A stretch of DNA of 63,286 bases, counting the filler, from Choristocarpus tenellus KU-1152 (lineage: Eukaryota; Protista; Phaeophyceae): the NCBI GenBank assembly GCA_964200185.2. It is 14 parts of 14 records of this genome, joined end to end, with 100 filler letters (N's around TTAATTAATTAA, not from the genome) between each part and the next. Parts side by side here need not be neighbours in the genome. Positions count along the whole stretch, not along the records: positions 60,407 to 63,286 come from CAXNAD020023967.1; 13 more parts are not named here. One strand, given 5' to 3'. Positions within the stretch are counted from its first letter, which is position 1. Every line of letters begins with the position of its first letter. Position numbers and translations under genes: made by a program. The notes under the pieces are model-generated. The model was not told where the DNA came from. It did no database searches and saw nothing but the letters and a program-made list of their open reading frames with translations. Of the stretch, positions 62,171-63,286 are shown one piece after another.

Positions 62171-63286
62171 TTACAAACACAAAAGTAGTAACGATCACCA
62201 AAACACAAATGGCACTATCTGTGGATGTTTGCGTTAGGTATGAGGTATGGGCTAGGATATCCTAACTTGGTAAGGGCTGGTCGTGGTATTTATTGGCGTG
62301 TTACTGCAGGGTGTACGATATTTATCGGATATTTTTTTAAGTGAAAAAACTATTGGGTAGGATTTTTTGTGGCCCTTGATCCTGGGACTGACACGTGTTT
62401 TCGGGGGGGGGAAGGGAGAATTGACTGGTGGACATTTACTCTCTTTTTGACTTGTTGAGTCCTCCATTTATTTTGTGACTCGTTTTTTAAAGTTGTAAAC
62501 ATGTGCAATCCTCAACACTTCCCACAAGGACTTCTGTGAACATTCGAAAGCAGGTGTCGAACTCACGAGATTACACTTGTTGAGTATTTATCCCTTACAA
62601 TCACTAAAATATTGTCTATATTTGTGGGTGTAATTGTATTGCTAAAGAAACAAAAGAGAAATAGTAATATTTTCCTCTTCATAGTAGCCTCTACTACTCA
62701 CTATATCTTCCTCACTAACAAGAAATCAAACTGTACTTTACAAATAAAACACGTAAATACTCAATACTCATTATCATAACCCCAATAATAGTATGGAATA
62801 GTAATATAGTACAGAATTTGTAGTAAAGATAATACTAATCCCAATCAAAAACTTGTAACAAACTGAAAAGTAACTATTGCGAAGAATAATGATTTCAAAA
62901 TGATACCACGATTTATCCTACAATAATAATTCTGGCATTTTGGCGCTGAAAATAATTAATTCTTACTATTTATAGTATCAATGCTGCATTCAAGAAATAC
63001 TTCATATATATATACGGCATATATATAATAGTGAATACTATAACAGAGTATAGTGTTTGAAGTAGTAGATGCTATATTATGGTTGGTCTGAGAATACAAC
63101 TGGACATAATAGATTCATTCAAACCACGATTCAAAATACGTTTTTTTACTTCGCTAAATATGAATCGTATGATTCTGTGTATGATGCATCAACTCTAGTG
63201 ACTGCAGAGTGGCACCTAGAAGTGGGTCAAAGTATCTTGGGGGGGGGTATCGGCGTCCGTTTTTCACCCTTTTTTCGATTTTCACT

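Overview
This is not one locus. It is about 14 short eukaryotic contigs joined by artificial 100-nt spacers (44 N + TTAATTAATTAA + 44 N), so nothing should be inferred across spacers. GT-AG introns, TTAGGG repeats and the retroelement types suggest a stramenopile alga, probably in or near the brown algae (inference). Gene fragments: a bZIP transcription factor, two paralogues of a putative membrane-anchored glycosyltransferase-like protein with tandem Cys-rich modules, a Lines-like gene head-to-head with a PPR gene, an ERCC6L/PICH-like 3' end, a CDC23/APC8-like exon and a coiled-coil gene. Decayed Ty3/Gypsy, LINE/RTE and possibly Helitron remnants are common. The most striking structure is a set of five related MITE families (about 27 copies or fragments, roughly 8% of the window by hand count). 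They share a G(A/G)NYCAAA-like terminus and variable 4-bp target-site duplications (TSDs), which fits the Sola superfamily. They insert into each other, and family A carries an internal hairpin with compensatory substitutions. Also notable are an inverted pair of Gypsy elements that both retain traces of an antisense ORF between pol and the 3' LTR, and an intronic minisatellite with higher-order structure. All homology calls come from motif recognition by eye, not database searches.
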